A stretch of 64,000 bases of DNA from Azolla caroliniana (Eukaryota; Plantae; Polypodiophyta), in the NCBI GenBank assembly GCA_043228905.1, contig JBHGNT010000001.1, forward strand, positions 34,596,001-34,660,000, in the 5' to 3' direction. A model generated the notes under the pieces. That model was not told where the DNA came from. It searched no databases and saw nothing but the letters and a program-made list of their open reading frames with translations. Made by a program: the position numbers and the translations under genes. How positions within the stretch are numbered: the stretch's first letter is position 1; each line of letters starts with the position of its first letter. Of the stretch, positions 27,579 through 41,837 are shown one piece after another.

Positions 27579-28435
27579 ATATGAATACTTGTGAGGAGAA
27601 TGATGGAGTGCATGTTTTCTGGACATGCCACTTTCAATCACAATCCACATTTATAAGGTTATGGCCATTAAGAGAAGTAAAAATGTTTTTACTATGGACA
27701 TATCCGTGGAGGTCCAAAGAATGGTGCGTGCAACAAACATAGCCATCAAGTTTGAATAAACGCTCAGTCATATCATAAAGAGAAATTAAAAAAATGTCTA
27801 GATTTTTTTAGCTAAAGAAAGATATAATGGGTATCAATGTATGATATAATAATAAGTAGACAAGTCTGAGCATTGTCCTACATTGTACACGTTCAAACAA
27901 TTGAAAAATATCACCACATAAGTTGTTGAAATGATCACAAATACTTACCAAACTTCTAGAAAAGGTGTTTAATATGTGGGCACCTCAACTCAAAAGGTGA
28001 CTGCTCAATGGGTCATACATAATGGAAAATAGGAGAAAAGAGTAGGGGCAGTGAGATTGTGTGTGTGAGATTGTCGATTCTTGTAGACAAAATGGTAGTA
28101 AAACAAAATAGAACATCTTCATAACCACGAGATTCGCACACAAACTCCCATAAAAAGAGACAATATGAGCATATAATCAACCTTTAAAGATTGAAAACAT
28201 TCCCTTTCCTTTTACTTTTTAAAAACTCTAACATGAGTAAACAAAACTCCAACAAAAAGGTCAAAAATACTTCATATATAAATATATATTAATCTTATAA
28301 AATACATATTTGATAGAAAGGACGATGACTCCAATGTAATCGTGAACCTTATAAATGACCTACAAATCATTTCATCATTGTTCAATCCAAGAGTGAAAAA
28401 AGACTCTGTGAAGGGCTAAACTAGCAAGAGCAAAA

Positions 28436-29062
28436 ATGTACACAACTAGATGTCTTGCACTTGTCACCATCCTCTCTTTGGTGTTGATCTTTGCTAATTT
28501 CGGCACAGATGCCTCGGCCAAGCTTGGCCAGGGGAGCCGTAGATCAATGGCTCGTAGGGGCCTTCCGCGATGGGCCGCTGGGATCAAGCAAGTTGTAGAG
28601 TCTCGGGGTTTTGATCCTTACAGTATAGTCGATGCCACTGACCCCAACCTCGAGTACTATGTCCAAGTGGATGTCTCCGGGGTCGACATTGGGACCTTAC
28701 TCCCTGCCCTGGACTCCAACACCACCAATGACTTTGGCGAAATCGATGCATTCGCACTCAATGTCACGTCCGGCTATGATGTGTCATCACAACAACTCGG
28801 GATCATCCGTGGATACACCGTGCAGACAAGCTACACCTCCACTAGCTACTCGGTTGAGGTCGAGGTGCTCGACTATAACGATGGAGCCGGTGTCAATGGT
28901 ACCATTAGCCTCCAAGGTCTCATCACCGAGGCAACCAATGAGCTCGCGATCCTAGGCGGCTCGGGTAGCTTCCGTGGGGTCACGGGATACGACATTGTCA
29001 CATACATCAATGCTAGCTCCTCTACAATCTTTGTTTACCACCATGCTCTCTACTTCCTCTAA
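28436..29062 (+). CDS. Secreted dirigent-like protein (208 aa, intronless)
   Basis: Hydrophobic signal peptide, then dirigent-type motifs FG..F...VT.G....S..LG..RG and ELAILGGSGSFRGVTGY. TATAAAT at 28350. Confidence 0.8.
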   Translation: MYTTRCLALVTILSLVLIFANFGTDASAKLGQGSRRSMARRGLPRWAAGIKQVVESRGFDPYSIVDATDPNLEYYVQVDVSGVDIGTLLPALDSNTTNDFGEIDAFALNVTSGYDVSSQQLGIIRGYTVQTSYTSTSYSVEVEVLDYNDGAGVNGTISLQGLITEATNELAILGGSGSFRGVTGYDIVTYINASSSTIFVYHHALYFL

Positions 29063-29113
29063 AAGAGAATGGTTTAACCATCTAGAACCTCCAAGCATAT
29101 TTAAGGGACGTTT

Positions 29114-29480
29114 TAGAAACTTCTTTCAGTTGTATATGTGGGCCTAGTGTGGCTGTTTTTGTTTATACTTGCATTTCCTTAAATATCATTTCAATTTGTT
29201 TCTTTACGGGCTTAATCCACCCTCACATGTTTGTCAAGAACCTTCTTTGAGTTGTATGTGTGTGCCTAGAGTTTGTATGTTGTTTACACTTTTGTTTCCT
29301 TAAATATCATGCCAATTTGTCTCTTCAATGGGCTTGATTCACTCTCACATGTTTGTCAAGAAACATCTTTGAGTTATATGTATGTGCCTAGAGTGTGTTT
29401 GTGTTTACACTTTTGTTTCCTTGAATGTCATGTCAATTTGTCTCTTCAATGGGCTTAATCCACTCTCACATGTTTGTCAC
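29114..29480. repeat. Three diverged tandem copies of an about 120-bp unit downstream of dirigent-like gene 1
   Basis: The pattern ..CTTTGAGTT.TATGT..GTGCCTAG..TTTCCTT.AAT.TCAT..CAATTTGT..GGGCTT.AT.CAC.CTCACATGTTTGTCA recurs three times. Confidence 0.85.
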
Positions 29481-32400
29481 CCGATAAAATGGTTATATTT
29501 TGTCTCATACTTCATGCTAACTAATTCTATCTATCTATCAATTTGTCTATGTAAGTTGCATTGACACAACAAAGAGTTCCTAGTTTTTCCTATCAATCAA
29601 GGTTGTGCGTGTTAAATGTTTTCTCGATACTTGATTGGTAATTAGTTCAAGCATGCATATCGTAATTCCTTGCTAGAAAGAGCTCATTAAACATCAAAAT
29701 TTGTAGTTATTATAGCTCAAAATGTTTCTGTGATGAGTCTAATGATATAACTAAAATAACAATGTAATTGTTGGTGTATTTGCCACCATTTTTTGTTTTT
29801 ACCCTCTCCTTGACCCAATACCTATCTAGTTCTATGTTCATTGAGATTGTCCTTAGAACAAACTCACTTTGGGGTATAGAATAAACAAGCTCTTACAACA
29901 ATAATATTTTTATTGTACCATGTAAACTTTACCCACCTAGCAATGATTATGTGGGACTTTGTTTTTTCTCTTAAGGGACTTGTTGAATTTACATGGGAAT
30001 GATCAATTAACACATTCAATCCACAAGGGAATGTTCGCATCAATATCATTTGAGAGACAACATATTAACTTATGGTTGGTAGGTCATTGTTGATGTTTAA
30101 GTTGCAATACAATTGTAGGACGTCATCATTCATAACATGTTGACATTAGCATGCAAATGACTTGCATGGAATCACCCTTTTAACATCTATATAGCATTGA
30201 TTGTTTGTTTATTCATCAAGTTGAACATCCATTATGTGCCGACAAGTTTATCAACTTGATGCATTGCACTAGTGCAATTTCAACATTCAAAGGTGATAAT
30301 TAGAGAAATCAATACCTTGCAGGACTATTATAACGGTGTGGTTAGAAATTAACGAGTGATAATTAGAGAACCAATACCTTGTAGGACAATATATATATAT
30401 ATATATATATACATACATACATACATATATCATATTATGCTGACATCGTTGTGTTTGCCTTATTCTACTAAGAAAAGAGGCCAATTTATGGAAAAGGAAT
30501 CTAACCCCTACGATGGATTCGAACATGTACAATCCCATGACAACAAATTTGACCCTCTCGTGATTAGCAAGTTTGATTTGTCCTCCTTAAGAGTTTGCAT
30601 TGACACATTCTCCAAAGCATGAATTATGTAACTTTTTAAATAATCTAAGCTGGAATTATCGTAACTAGAGTTCCAATCAGATAATTTTGGTGGTAATCAA
30701 CGAGATGGCAAGACTATTGATGTAAGACGATTCTCACGGTAATCTCCGAGATAGTTGATGCGGACAATGAAGCATAATTTTTAGTTTAGGGTTTAGGGTG
30801 GGGGTTGATGCATATTTTCATGTGGAGAGGCAGAGAGTACACTCATGTTGTTTTTGTAGGTACAAGATTTTGGTGATAATCAGCGACAACATGGTTAATG
30901 TCAACTTGAGGAAGCTGATTTTCTGTTTTTTTATCAAGATAAGTGATGATGGTGTGGGGGTTGAAGCATATTATCATGAGGAGGTGAGGAAATGTTTTCC
31001 TAGACTCATTTGTTGTTACTATAGGATTTTGGTGGTAATAGGTGAAATGGTGAGATGGTTGATGTGGACTAAATGAAGCAGCTTTTATGTTTCTCATGAG
31101 TCATAAGGATGAGTGGTGATGGCATCGGGGATTGAAGCATATTTCCACCAGAGAAATTTTTTTTGGGTGATAATCGGAGAGAGTATTTTCTCGATGATCG
31201 TGGAGATGAAGATGGTCGGTTTTGACATGGGAGACCCAAGGTTGATCCACACAGCAGTATAGCAGATGCTCTCATTGATGGATATGTATCAAAATATGGG
31301 AGATGCATTGGCATTATAATATGGTGGATCTATTGCTCATAGTATTGTTTTTCTTGAGAGGTATGGAAGGGAAACCCTCACTTTGGGAGCTAGATTCTAA
31401 TTATTCCTTACATGTGGGAGTAATGGTGATGATTCACATGCATATGATGCTCGGTATAAGCAGTTGCTTTCAAGTGTGGACTTAACTAAGGACTTCGTTT
31501 TAGCTGCACATACCCAATTATGTAAAGCTTACAAAGGAATATGCTTGTTGATGAGGCTAGAGGATGCCATATGAAAACATGTTTGTTTGGAATTGTTTTG
31601 TATGTTGTCGCTAATATGCCTTTTTAAAAACTAATGAAAGTATATTTTGTTCTGAAAAAAAATCATTCATGCCAAATGATAAATCAAATAGCGAGACTTC
31701 CCAAAAGTGACACCTTTGATGCATATAAATATAAACATCAATTTGGGTTTCTCATTTTTTTTGCTCCAATGTAGTGATAATGCATTTATTTCAATATATA
31801 ATGCCCTATATAATTGTTATAGTAGTTCTATCATAAGAGAATAAAGGTCTACTTTTTTTACCACCCATCAAAGGTTTATGTTTTGGAGAATACGTTACCA
31901 TAGCAGTTTGGCTTGCAAATGAAAAATATAGCTTAATATTAAATCGAAAATAAGTTATGTGGCATGGATAATATCATGACGTGTACATATATGTGATAAG
32001 AGTAATACCAATGAAACATTGCTTTAAAGTTTGACACAAATAGGAAATCTCGACATTGCGAAGGTGTTTTAGAAATTGAAACTATAAAGTTTAAACGATT
32101 ACAAATTCATCTCAATAAGGTGAGTTTCATATTAGAAACATGTTATTTGGAAGCTATAGCCGCCTATCATGCAATCAAAGTGATAGACCTAACTGATAAG
32201 AGCCTTTAAACATTATATGAAGAAAGTAAGTTCGTACAAGTGCTACCAACTTTCCAAGATAAAAAAAGTTAGAAAGGAAATATGAATGGAAAAGGCAGAA
32301 AAAGACATGGTTACCCCTTGATGTGAACATGAAATGCATGTAAATAAAAAAGGAGGGCATCTTTACCATAGAGTAATAAATGGAGAATTCAAAATGAATG

Positions 32401-33980
32401 GTGGGCAATGTTTCAACCATTGCCATAACATGTAAAAGGAATATAAGCTAAAATTACACATGGTGACTATCTATGGGCAAATGTGGAACAAAACTTCCAT
32501 ATGTCTGCCCCTAAAATCCTTATAGGAGAGAAAATGAAAAGAGAGATATTAACAAAGGATAGATACCACATAAAGAGGAGTTTAGAGAATGTGAGCTAGT
32601 AAATAATACAAACTTAACTTCCAGGAATTAGAGAGACAAGGAAACCAAGTCTTACTATGAAAATGCCCTAGGGGAAAATATTTGTCTTATGTTTTACTGA
32701 GGAAAAATATAGTTGCCTAGTCCTTTTTCCTAAGCTCCTAAAATTGACAATCAATTGGAATAAAGGCAAATAACCTCAAACGAAATATATATAAGCATGA
32801 GATCTAATGTCAAAGCATTGCCGTTATACAACATATAAGAGCCTTTGCATATACATTACTAAAAAGTTGAAGTTACGCGATATAAACATGAGGATGTAGC
32901 GGTAAGTGTGTACTTTGTGTAAGGCTAAAGTTGTGGGTAGTTCGATGTTATAACTTATGGCATTGCTATAGAAAGAATTCTTCATAAGCTTAGTTTAAGT
33001 TCATGTATGTAACATTCTTGTTGCCACTTTTACCAAAACACAAACATAGGAAATGGTAACATGCAAGAGAGCACTTATAAAATTTTACATGCTAAAGAAA
33101 TATAATTGAGATTCTAAACTTTACTTCTATACTATATATTTTTTGTTTTGTCTGTCAAGATTGTGGGTTTGAATCCAGAGGAAATGGGTTGTGACATTGT
33201 TTGTTTTTGAGAAAAACATCACATATTTTTTACTTTAGACGATGAACACTGACCATTGCCTATGAAAAGGAAATGGTTCTATGACATCAGGATTCATCAC
33301 ATTCTCCACAATGTATTATGATATTGGCAGCAACATATACAATAAATATGGACGAAAATGGAAAGGGACAACAATAAATAGATATTTGCAAAGATAAATA
33401 TAATAGGTCTTGCATAAAGATGTTGGTAATTAAATAAGTGATACAAATACAATTAAATGAATAAGACAAGAAATGAGATCATGTGCATCGTGTCACATCC
33501 TAGTAAACCAACTGTCAAAAGCATCGAGCTCATTTTCACGATTCCAAATTGCAGTCTTAAAAACAACACAAATGTTGTTCACGCTCTTATTGGAAGTATG
33601 ATGTGTGCGATAGTATAGTATACAAATTTCTCGCAAGAGACGGAGACGGGCATTATTGACACCACAGCATGAGCCGTACAATAAGAGAGAGAGAGAGAGA
33701 GAGAGTCCTCCAAGAGATGGCAATGGACAAAGTGACATACATATTGACAATACAAAAATACGCTCAAAGACTTACACTCAAATGCATGTTACAAAGAAAT
33801 ACACTCAAATATGTACATGTGTATGTACTGTAGTCTGTACATGTATATGTATATGTATACATGCATTCATGAGTGTGTACATGCGTCACAATCCAGACCT
33901 GTAAATGGATAAGAATGAGCCTCGTCACTATTTAATACAAAATTCATAAATGCTCTCCAACCCGTGAATGATCTAGGTCT

Positions 33981-34030
33981 TGGACGGCCCTGAACTCGTT
34001 TCGGGAATCCGAGACGATCAGGGCCGTCCA
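33981..34030. other. GC-rich 50-nt hairpin/palindrome
   Basis: TGGACGGCCCTGA-ac-TCGTTTCGG-gaat-CCGAGACGA-TCAGGGCCGTCCA. Confidence 0.8.
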
Positions 34031-34226
34031 CCATTTTTTATATCTAAAAAGAAAACAGAAAAAGAAAAGAATAGGGAAAAGTGAAAAGAAAGAAGAGAGA
34101 TAATGTCTTCAAGATGAGGAAGAAGATAGATATGTATATGTATGTATGTATGTGTATGGAATGGAATGTTAGTATAAATAGGAGGACAAGATGACCAAGC
34201 ATCTATCATAAACGAAGAGGTGGACA

Positions 34227-34883
34227 ATGGCTTCCCATCCAACAACACTCATTCGGACCCTGCTCTTCCTCACCCTGCTCTTAACCTCCACCATTGCAGC
34301 TAGGAAGATAGGGTACTCTGGCACCAACACGCAACGCAAGCCCTCCCGGTCGGGCCTCCCTCGATGGGCATCGGCCCATATCATCCACCAAGTCACCGAC
34401 ACTCAGACAAATCCAGTAAGAGACCCTTACAGTATCATCGACATCGGGACCGATGTCGACCCTAGCCTCGAGTTCTACGTGCAAGTCGAGGTGGGCGGGG
34501 ACGACATTGGCATCATCCTCTCTCCCCTTGACACTAGCACCACCAACAGCTTCGGCGAGATCCAGGCATTTGCACTAAATGTAACGTCCGGGTATGAGAC
34601 CTCATCCACGCAGCTTGGCACCATGCGAGGTTACACCGTCCAGACCAGCTCCACGTCTACTAGCCATGCGGTCGAGGTCGAGGTCCTCGAGTATGATGAT
34701 GGGGCCGGCACCTCGGGGAGCATTAGCCTCCAGGGCCACATCACGAGTTCCGCCAATGAGATTGCGATCGTCGGGGGATCCGGTAGCTTCCGCGGAGTCC
34801 GCGGCTACGATGTCATCACATATATCAACGCAAGCTCGTCCACCGTCTTTGTCTATCACCATTCCCTCTACTTCCTCTCTTAG
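34227..34883 (+). CDS. Secreted dirigent-like protein (218 aa, intronless), paralog of 28436-29062
   Basis: Signal peptide, FGEIQAFALNVTSGY..S.QLG.MRGY and EIAIVGGSGSFRGVRGY. TATAAATA at 34173-34180. Confidence 0.8.
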   Translation: MASHPTTLIRTLLFLTLLLTSTIAARKIGYSGTNTQRKPSRSGLPRWASAHIIHQVTDTQTNPVRDPYSIIDIGTDVDPSLEFYVQVEVGGDDIGIILSPLDTSTTNSFGEIQAFALNVTSGYETSSTQLGTMRGYTVQTSSTSTSHAVEVEVLEYDDGAGTSGSISLQGHITSSANEIAIVGGSGSFRGVRGYDVITYINASSSTVFVYHHSLYFLS

Positions 34884-36675
34884 AAGCCACATACCCAGAC
34901 AGACCCTTGTCTTGAATAGGACTCCCTATAAGTATCTCTTAGGACCTTGCATTTAACCCTCCCTAGTGTTCGGAAGAATATCCACATTGCCTCAATTATG
35001 TCGAAAACATAGCCAAAGCCTCACCTGAAATGTGCCTTCTGTAAAATCACTTTCTTTCTTCTAGAGTTCAACATCTACTCACTTTCAGCATCTTCCAAAG
35101 ATAATAAAAGCTCCTTCCGGATCATCTAAGTCTTCCGATCATTGAATTCAATTTCTATATGTTTTGAGAAGAGACAAGTAATGAAATAGTTATCCTTGTG
35201 AGGAAACAAAGTAAAGTTGAGTTGCATTTAATATGTTTTCGTATGGCAACGTTTCTTGTGTATTGTGTGTCGTTAGTTGAAACGGTTTCCAAGGGTAGGG
35301 CATCGACATTCATAAGAGATGCATCTTATGTTGGATGATTATGTGCAAGAACAAGAGGGGAGCTGTGGTCAGTGGTACTAGGATTAAGACCCCTTTTAAT
35401 ATAATCACTCGTTTTGATCCCTAAACCCTTTTTAAAAGTTTATGCCCTTACAAAGAAATCTGACACATTATATCATTAATTACCAAGCCCTTAAGAGTTG
35501 TTATGCGGCTAAATTGTTCCAATGGGTGCCCATAAAGGTACAGTGAATTTGGAGGACATACACGTGCATTCCTCCCTCCATGGATGCTTACTTATCATCT
35601 ATGGCCTTTATCTTTTCACGTACACAAAATATTACCTTGGTATTGTCAAAAACGACAATATTACCCTTGGTTCAACCAATATTTCGCTAAGGTTGCCTCA
35701 TCACTGTCTATAATCTAATCAAACTATCTAGGCAAGCAATGTATTCAGCTACTAATCAAGACATCATACAAAGACAGTACCAGCTACTGACTGATCATAT
35801 CTGGTTTAATGGGGGCACTTCATTAATTACGCAATTTTGCAAAGTTTGTCAAAATACAAATAGTTAAATAAACAATAAAGAGCAACTTAATTACAAAATC
35901 CAATTGATTAACTTTACTACCTATTGCGGTTATAATGAAAAAAAACTTTGGACGTTATTGAAAAACATACAGTACTTTACTGGTAAGCCTACATCGTTGC
36001 CAAGGATAGGAGTGCTCATATTTTTTCAAATACCAAGCGAAAAACTTTCCAAAACAGTGTTTTGCTTTATTTCAAAAATACCCTTGAGTTGTCATTGACT
36101 CTCCAATTGTGCCAATGAGTCTGAAGGTGCAACCATATTTTATCCCCTTATTTATAGGTGCTATTTGGGCATTATATGGCTATTCATCCCTCTTTTATCT
36201 CCTCTTCTAGGGGCTAGCCAAGGGCAGTAATGGGTGATTAACTAAAACTAAGTGGAAGTACTCATAACTCAAACATTCAGGGTCATGCCGGGGAAACAAT
36301 CATAGTTAGCTACACAAATTCTTCTCATTAACAAATCTTCCAGGCCCCAACAAACTAGAGTTATGGTTTATAGAATCTGTCACTGAATTGTTGGTATATC
36401 GAAATTCATACATGCTAATATAGATCTCTTCAGATCAAAAGTGAAATGATATCCATCCACCACTAACTAAAAATTCTTTGGGACTGACCAATCATTTTTT
36501 GCATCTAAGCTTCGCATCTGGAAATCTTTTTTTTTTAATCTAATTGTACAGTCCATTGTCAGGTTGGTTATGACCTCTATGGAAGAATATTTAAGATATG
36601 ATGAAAAGAGAAGAAGAAGAAACCGGTTATGTATATGAAAATCTGATTTTGGACAGATTTTGGATTTTGACGAAG

Positions 36676-39600
36676 TTATGCAGCTTTTTTGGTTGTCATT
36701 CCATTCTTCTTCGTATGACTTTGAAGATATGATTTAACAGACCAAACGACCAGGAAACAAAATAATCCAAGTGCAAAACAAAGCCAGAACCATACTATCC
36801 ATCGTGGCATCAGCTCATTGTATAAACCTGTACCAAAGGTGAACTGTTAAATGCTAAAACCCTAATCAAGGTGGAAGAAATTAAGCCACCATACCTTGGC
36901 CAAACTTAATGCAAATCAAGACTTCAACAACGCAAATGGCAACAGAAACCCATGTGAATGCTCCAACTTTTTTTATCGGCATCCTGGAGGTGAAATTAGA
37001 TAGAATCAATACAAACATTCAACCGTATGTATCGCTAAGGAAATCTGAAAACACACAATGCAATACAATAACTTTTATGAAAGAGAGAAATAGATAGAGA
37101 GAATGATCATTACCATCCAGGAAGACCGAATATATGGTCTAAGGGATGGGGATGTGGATGGTCTATCAATTTTATGACTTTCATGTAACAGTATAAACGA
37201 CCAAACCAACAGCCAGAGAGAGAGGGTGCTATGAGACAAAACAAGTACATATGCATGCATTCTCTACATACATATGCCTTCTGAAAACAAATGAAGTGAT
37301 AAAAAAAAATTAGGATAAAATAGTGAGACTATAATGTGAAAGGTTACTGAGGACACGATTGGAGGAAGCGGGGTCCTCTAAGCCTACAGAATCAAAACTC
37401 GAATCCATAAGATGGATAGAGAAAGATATATTAACATCTCCAAATGACCATCTATAATGTGGCCCATATGTTGAGAAACCACACAAAGATAACTGTATTA
37501 ACTTGTCAAAGTGACTGGCAGAAGAAATTTATCATAATAATATATATAGAGAGAGAGAGAGACCTGTCTTGAAGATATGCATTATACTCTCGAATGGCAG
37601 GATTTGCTATAAGCCACCAAATAACTAGCCGATATACGTTTAGCGGATTGGATGGTGGAACCCAAAGGCAATATTTAAGAAAGAAAGCATTGAGCTCCAC
37701 TGTAAGTATGATAATTACGAGTCCGAGAATCTGAATAAATCTTAGTGGCCCTGATAAAGGGTGCCACTCATCTCTATCCCAATAGGCAGGAGTGAACTGA
37801 CCCAAGGAGCGTTTAACCTGATAAAACAAAAAATCAAGCAAGACAAGCATATGAACCCCCAAAGTAATACAATATATATTTGAACGTAGTAACAAGTAAA
37901 ACAACAAAACCAATTAGTTCATTTATTTTTTGGGTTTTAGGGACAAATGAGATTTTTTTTGAAGTCATTCATCTTGTTTTTTCGTGGTTCTAGTTAGAAA
38001 GGAATTCAAGTCCCAAATCACATGTCTTAAGAGTTTGAACCATACCTGTCCAAATATTTATTTAGAATATCACATCAAAAACATTTCAAAGTTATTTATT
38101 TTGGCTTCAGTATCTAATATCTCCAAAAAATCCAAGTTATTTGTCCTGGTTTACTGGACTAACAAGAAAATTATGAAACGTTTATTTTGATTTTAGGGAC
38201 TAATTAGAAATTTCGGTTTAGGTCTGGAATTTGAATCTAAACTACCCAATCGATCAATTAAGCAAGTCATTCCAAACATAATAAAAAAATCTCAATCCCT
38301 TAGCTTGTCGTTTGTCTTGATTGTAAATATGTAGGGTGGATATTTTAAGCCATTTATTTGAGTTAATTATAAGTGTTTGAAGTCTCAGACCCAAAATTAT
38401 TTCCAAACCCCAAAACCAAAATGGGGGGAAGGAAACAAGTAACAAACTCAAGATATATTGGGTAATTGAGAGTAAGATGACTAATCATTGTAGTACACAT
38501 TTCTTGAACAAAAACGATGCAAATAGTTCATTTGAACTCAAGATTTGACCAGAATAATTACATTTAAGATTTTGACCATATGGATTTTACTAATTCTGAT
38601 TGATCAGAGATACACGTGAAACATTTAATTGAAACTTGAGCATAAAATGTAGTGAGAAAAATGCCACATATGCTGTTAGGAACTAAAATTGCAGAACACT
38701 TACATACCTTGCCAAGAATGCTAGGCTGAAGACTTAACCCAACCCATTCATATGTCTTTCCATCAAAATAATGTACAGTCTTCATGCCTGCCCATATACC
38801 TTTTAAAAAGGCAAGAGAAGAAATTTAATAAAGTATTGGTGAAACACAGAGGATGAGACATTCATTTATGACACATTCTTATACTCATAGTTCATATTCT
38901 AGACTTGAATACAATAGCAAAGATGTTGGAACAATACCGATCCAATTACAGATCAATATATCCAGTATAATGCTGTCCCACCAACACTCATTGAAATTTG
39001 GCAGCATATGATTGAAGGTGACCTGCAATCCATCAACACACTGAGAACAGTTATACTCTTTTAACATAATTTATCCTTTTACGTGCACATGAACAACAGA
39101 ATGTATTTAGACCATATATTAAAACTAGAACAGGGTTCAAGTTTTATGCTCCTGCTAAAACAAATTCTATTTTTCTATCATTTAAACCACCAAAGACATT
39201 ACGCATAGTTGAAAAAAGTTACGAACTAAAGTACGAAATACGATACCTCCATCATCTCAAAACCTACAGATAATATCCATAAGAGAGAACCATTGCGAAT
39301 CATAATGGCTTTTCCCCACCAGCCAAGGACATGAGCTATTACAAACTCATCCAACACTGTGTCCTACAAGAATATCAATTCAACAAATACAACGCCGTAA
39401 ACATTCGAAACCGAAATAACAATATGATTTTTGGTTGGTACTGAATAGAAATCCGAGTAACCATCAAGATGTAAGCTACAGACCAATTTTGTCACATCAA
39501 GATCATGCATTGAGCAAGTTTACAATCATGAGAGATCCAATTAACCATCTTGGACAATCCACGAAAAGGGTTATGAACCAATTGTCACCTCCAGATCATA

Positions 39601-41837
39601 CATAAAACTCATCCAAGAGAAAGGCAAAAGATCAACCATCAAACTCACCAAATGTTGTTAAACTAAAAAGAAAAATAACTCACATGAATATGATCTCATT
39701 CAAATATTGAGGCTCTCAAAACTTAATATTCATTTACTGTTTTACATTCATTCATGGATGTTGTGCTAGTGTGGATGCATCTCATCCTATTCTATTCAAT
39801 CCTGCATGCAGCTAAACTTGCATAAATTGAAAGTGCAAGAGCATTTTTCCATTGTACACAGCGTGTCAGCCATCTGAAGGGTTTCGAGGTATGCCAATTC
39901 ACAAATGCATACATCATAACCATGAGCTCATTCATTCAGTAAATTTTCTACACAGAAATTTTGCACATGTTATAATAATCATTGATCCTAATAGCATTGA
40001 TGACATTACATATAAATTGATGAACATGCTTTTTGGATTATCTGGTGTGTACAACCGGCAATCAGAGCCATATGATCTCTCCGGAAGCTCTGCAAAGACC
40101 AAATTCAGTGATATAACAAGTTAAGGCTGAAAAGTTATTTAATTTTGGGACAAGCAAAAACTGCTATTCATAATCTGCACATACCAATACCCAAATCTGG
40201 ATGCAGATACTTCATAAATTGGCGTGCATCCTCTCGTGTCTTCAAACAAACAAAATGGAAAGCTGGTTAGTAAAGGCATAATCTAAACTAAAATTTCAAT
40301 CGATACTTTGCCTCTCTCAAGCAAGAACCAAATTTGGCAATGAAACAAGAGAAATTTACAGCAACCAGGGAGATACTTGGATCATGCGAGCAAAGAAACC
40401 TGGTTTAAATCTTACCTGAAATAAAATAAAAGAAAGGAAGACCAGGTACACCACCGCTATCCCATGGATTAAACGCCAAAAAGACGGATGAGGTCGAATG
40501 AGAATACTGAAATATGCATCACAATATTTCAGAACTCTTGTTAACGCCAGAATTTAGCACATTTGAATCATTTGCACATGAGCAAACTGAGTAGACTTAA
40601 AGCTTACGTATCAGGTGCCTGCAATAAGCAGTAACCCAGAAACACCGCAATCATTGCCCATATCCCTCTGAAAAAAGAAAGACAAAGATTGTTGGTGCTA
40701 ATTTCATTTTATGGGGAAAAAAAAGTTTGTCATAGTGGATTGCATCATCTTTATATAATGTTATGGGGTTTCAGAGTAAATTCTACATCTATTTTCATTA
40801 TAACCATCAAAAACAAATCCATTTGACATTTTTTATGATAGTACGTGGATTTATGAGAATGTCTTGCCCACGTATAGAGTCAAAAGTCAATTATTAACCC
40901 CAAATTTGTGCTTTTGGTCATTCAATTAACAAAATCAAAATATCTTCCCACACTCTGCCATGTAAATTGCATTGATGTCATGCAGCAAAGGGCCAAAATC
41001 CATATTTTATCAAAACCAACTCAATATCTACACAATTTTGAATATGTCTACCTTCTCACAGGACGATATTTTGATAATTTACTTGGTGATCAGTGACCTA
41101 AGTGCAAACAACATAATATGATGGATATGTGCAAAAAGTATATTGTGACAGTTTTGATTTTCATATCAAACAAAGACAAGTAGATACATGTACAGCCTGA
41201 GAGTAATTCTTCAGCAAACTATATTTTGGCATATCATGATCGCTACAATACATTAAAAGGAACTAGAATGAACGTAATGAATGGAATATCAAGGCAAGGA
41301 TGTGTTTATCATGTTTTCTGAGGGAAGGAATACAAATTTTGATTTTTATTATTTGGTAAAAGCCAATCACAGATATACACACCCATAAATTTGTTTTTTG
41401 TGAAAAGGCTTCTGGACATCTAATATGGACCATTCACAGTATGCTGAAAGAAAGGGATGGGATAACTTACCGATAAACGTTTGTTTCTTTATTGTTTTCC
41501 AATGATGACTCTTGATGTAAAGCTCCACTTGCCCAGCTGCATTTTTAGCAAGGTAAAAATCAATTTCACCAACACATACATACCTGTACAAATTGCACAA
41601 TATGCCTTACAAGTACATCATCAATAAATTGAATACACAGTGTGTAGCAAACAATAAGCCCTATGTAGTGGGGGCTAGGGATGATCAAACTTACACTAGC
41701 AAACATGCCCCAAGAAGAAGCACTGTAAGTGTACGTGGCTTATAGGCCCAGGCTGTCCATGGATCGAGGTCTTTTTCATCAATGCTAGTTTTCGTTTGCA
41801 CAGCACGAGATCTTTGTTGAATGCGATCAGAAGCCAT
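36676..41837 (-). CDS. PSS1: Phosphatidylserine synthase (base-exchange PSS family), multi-exon
   Basis: Spliced pieces read [101 protein letters not shown] and [29 protein letters not shown]. The stop TAA is at 36676-36678. Confidence 0.93.

Noticed and set aside
28436-34883. Horizontal transfer of the dirigent-like genes (intronless, GC-rich)
   Set aside because: Plant dirigent genes are typically intronless, and the BAHD gene has similar composition. A phylogeny would be required.
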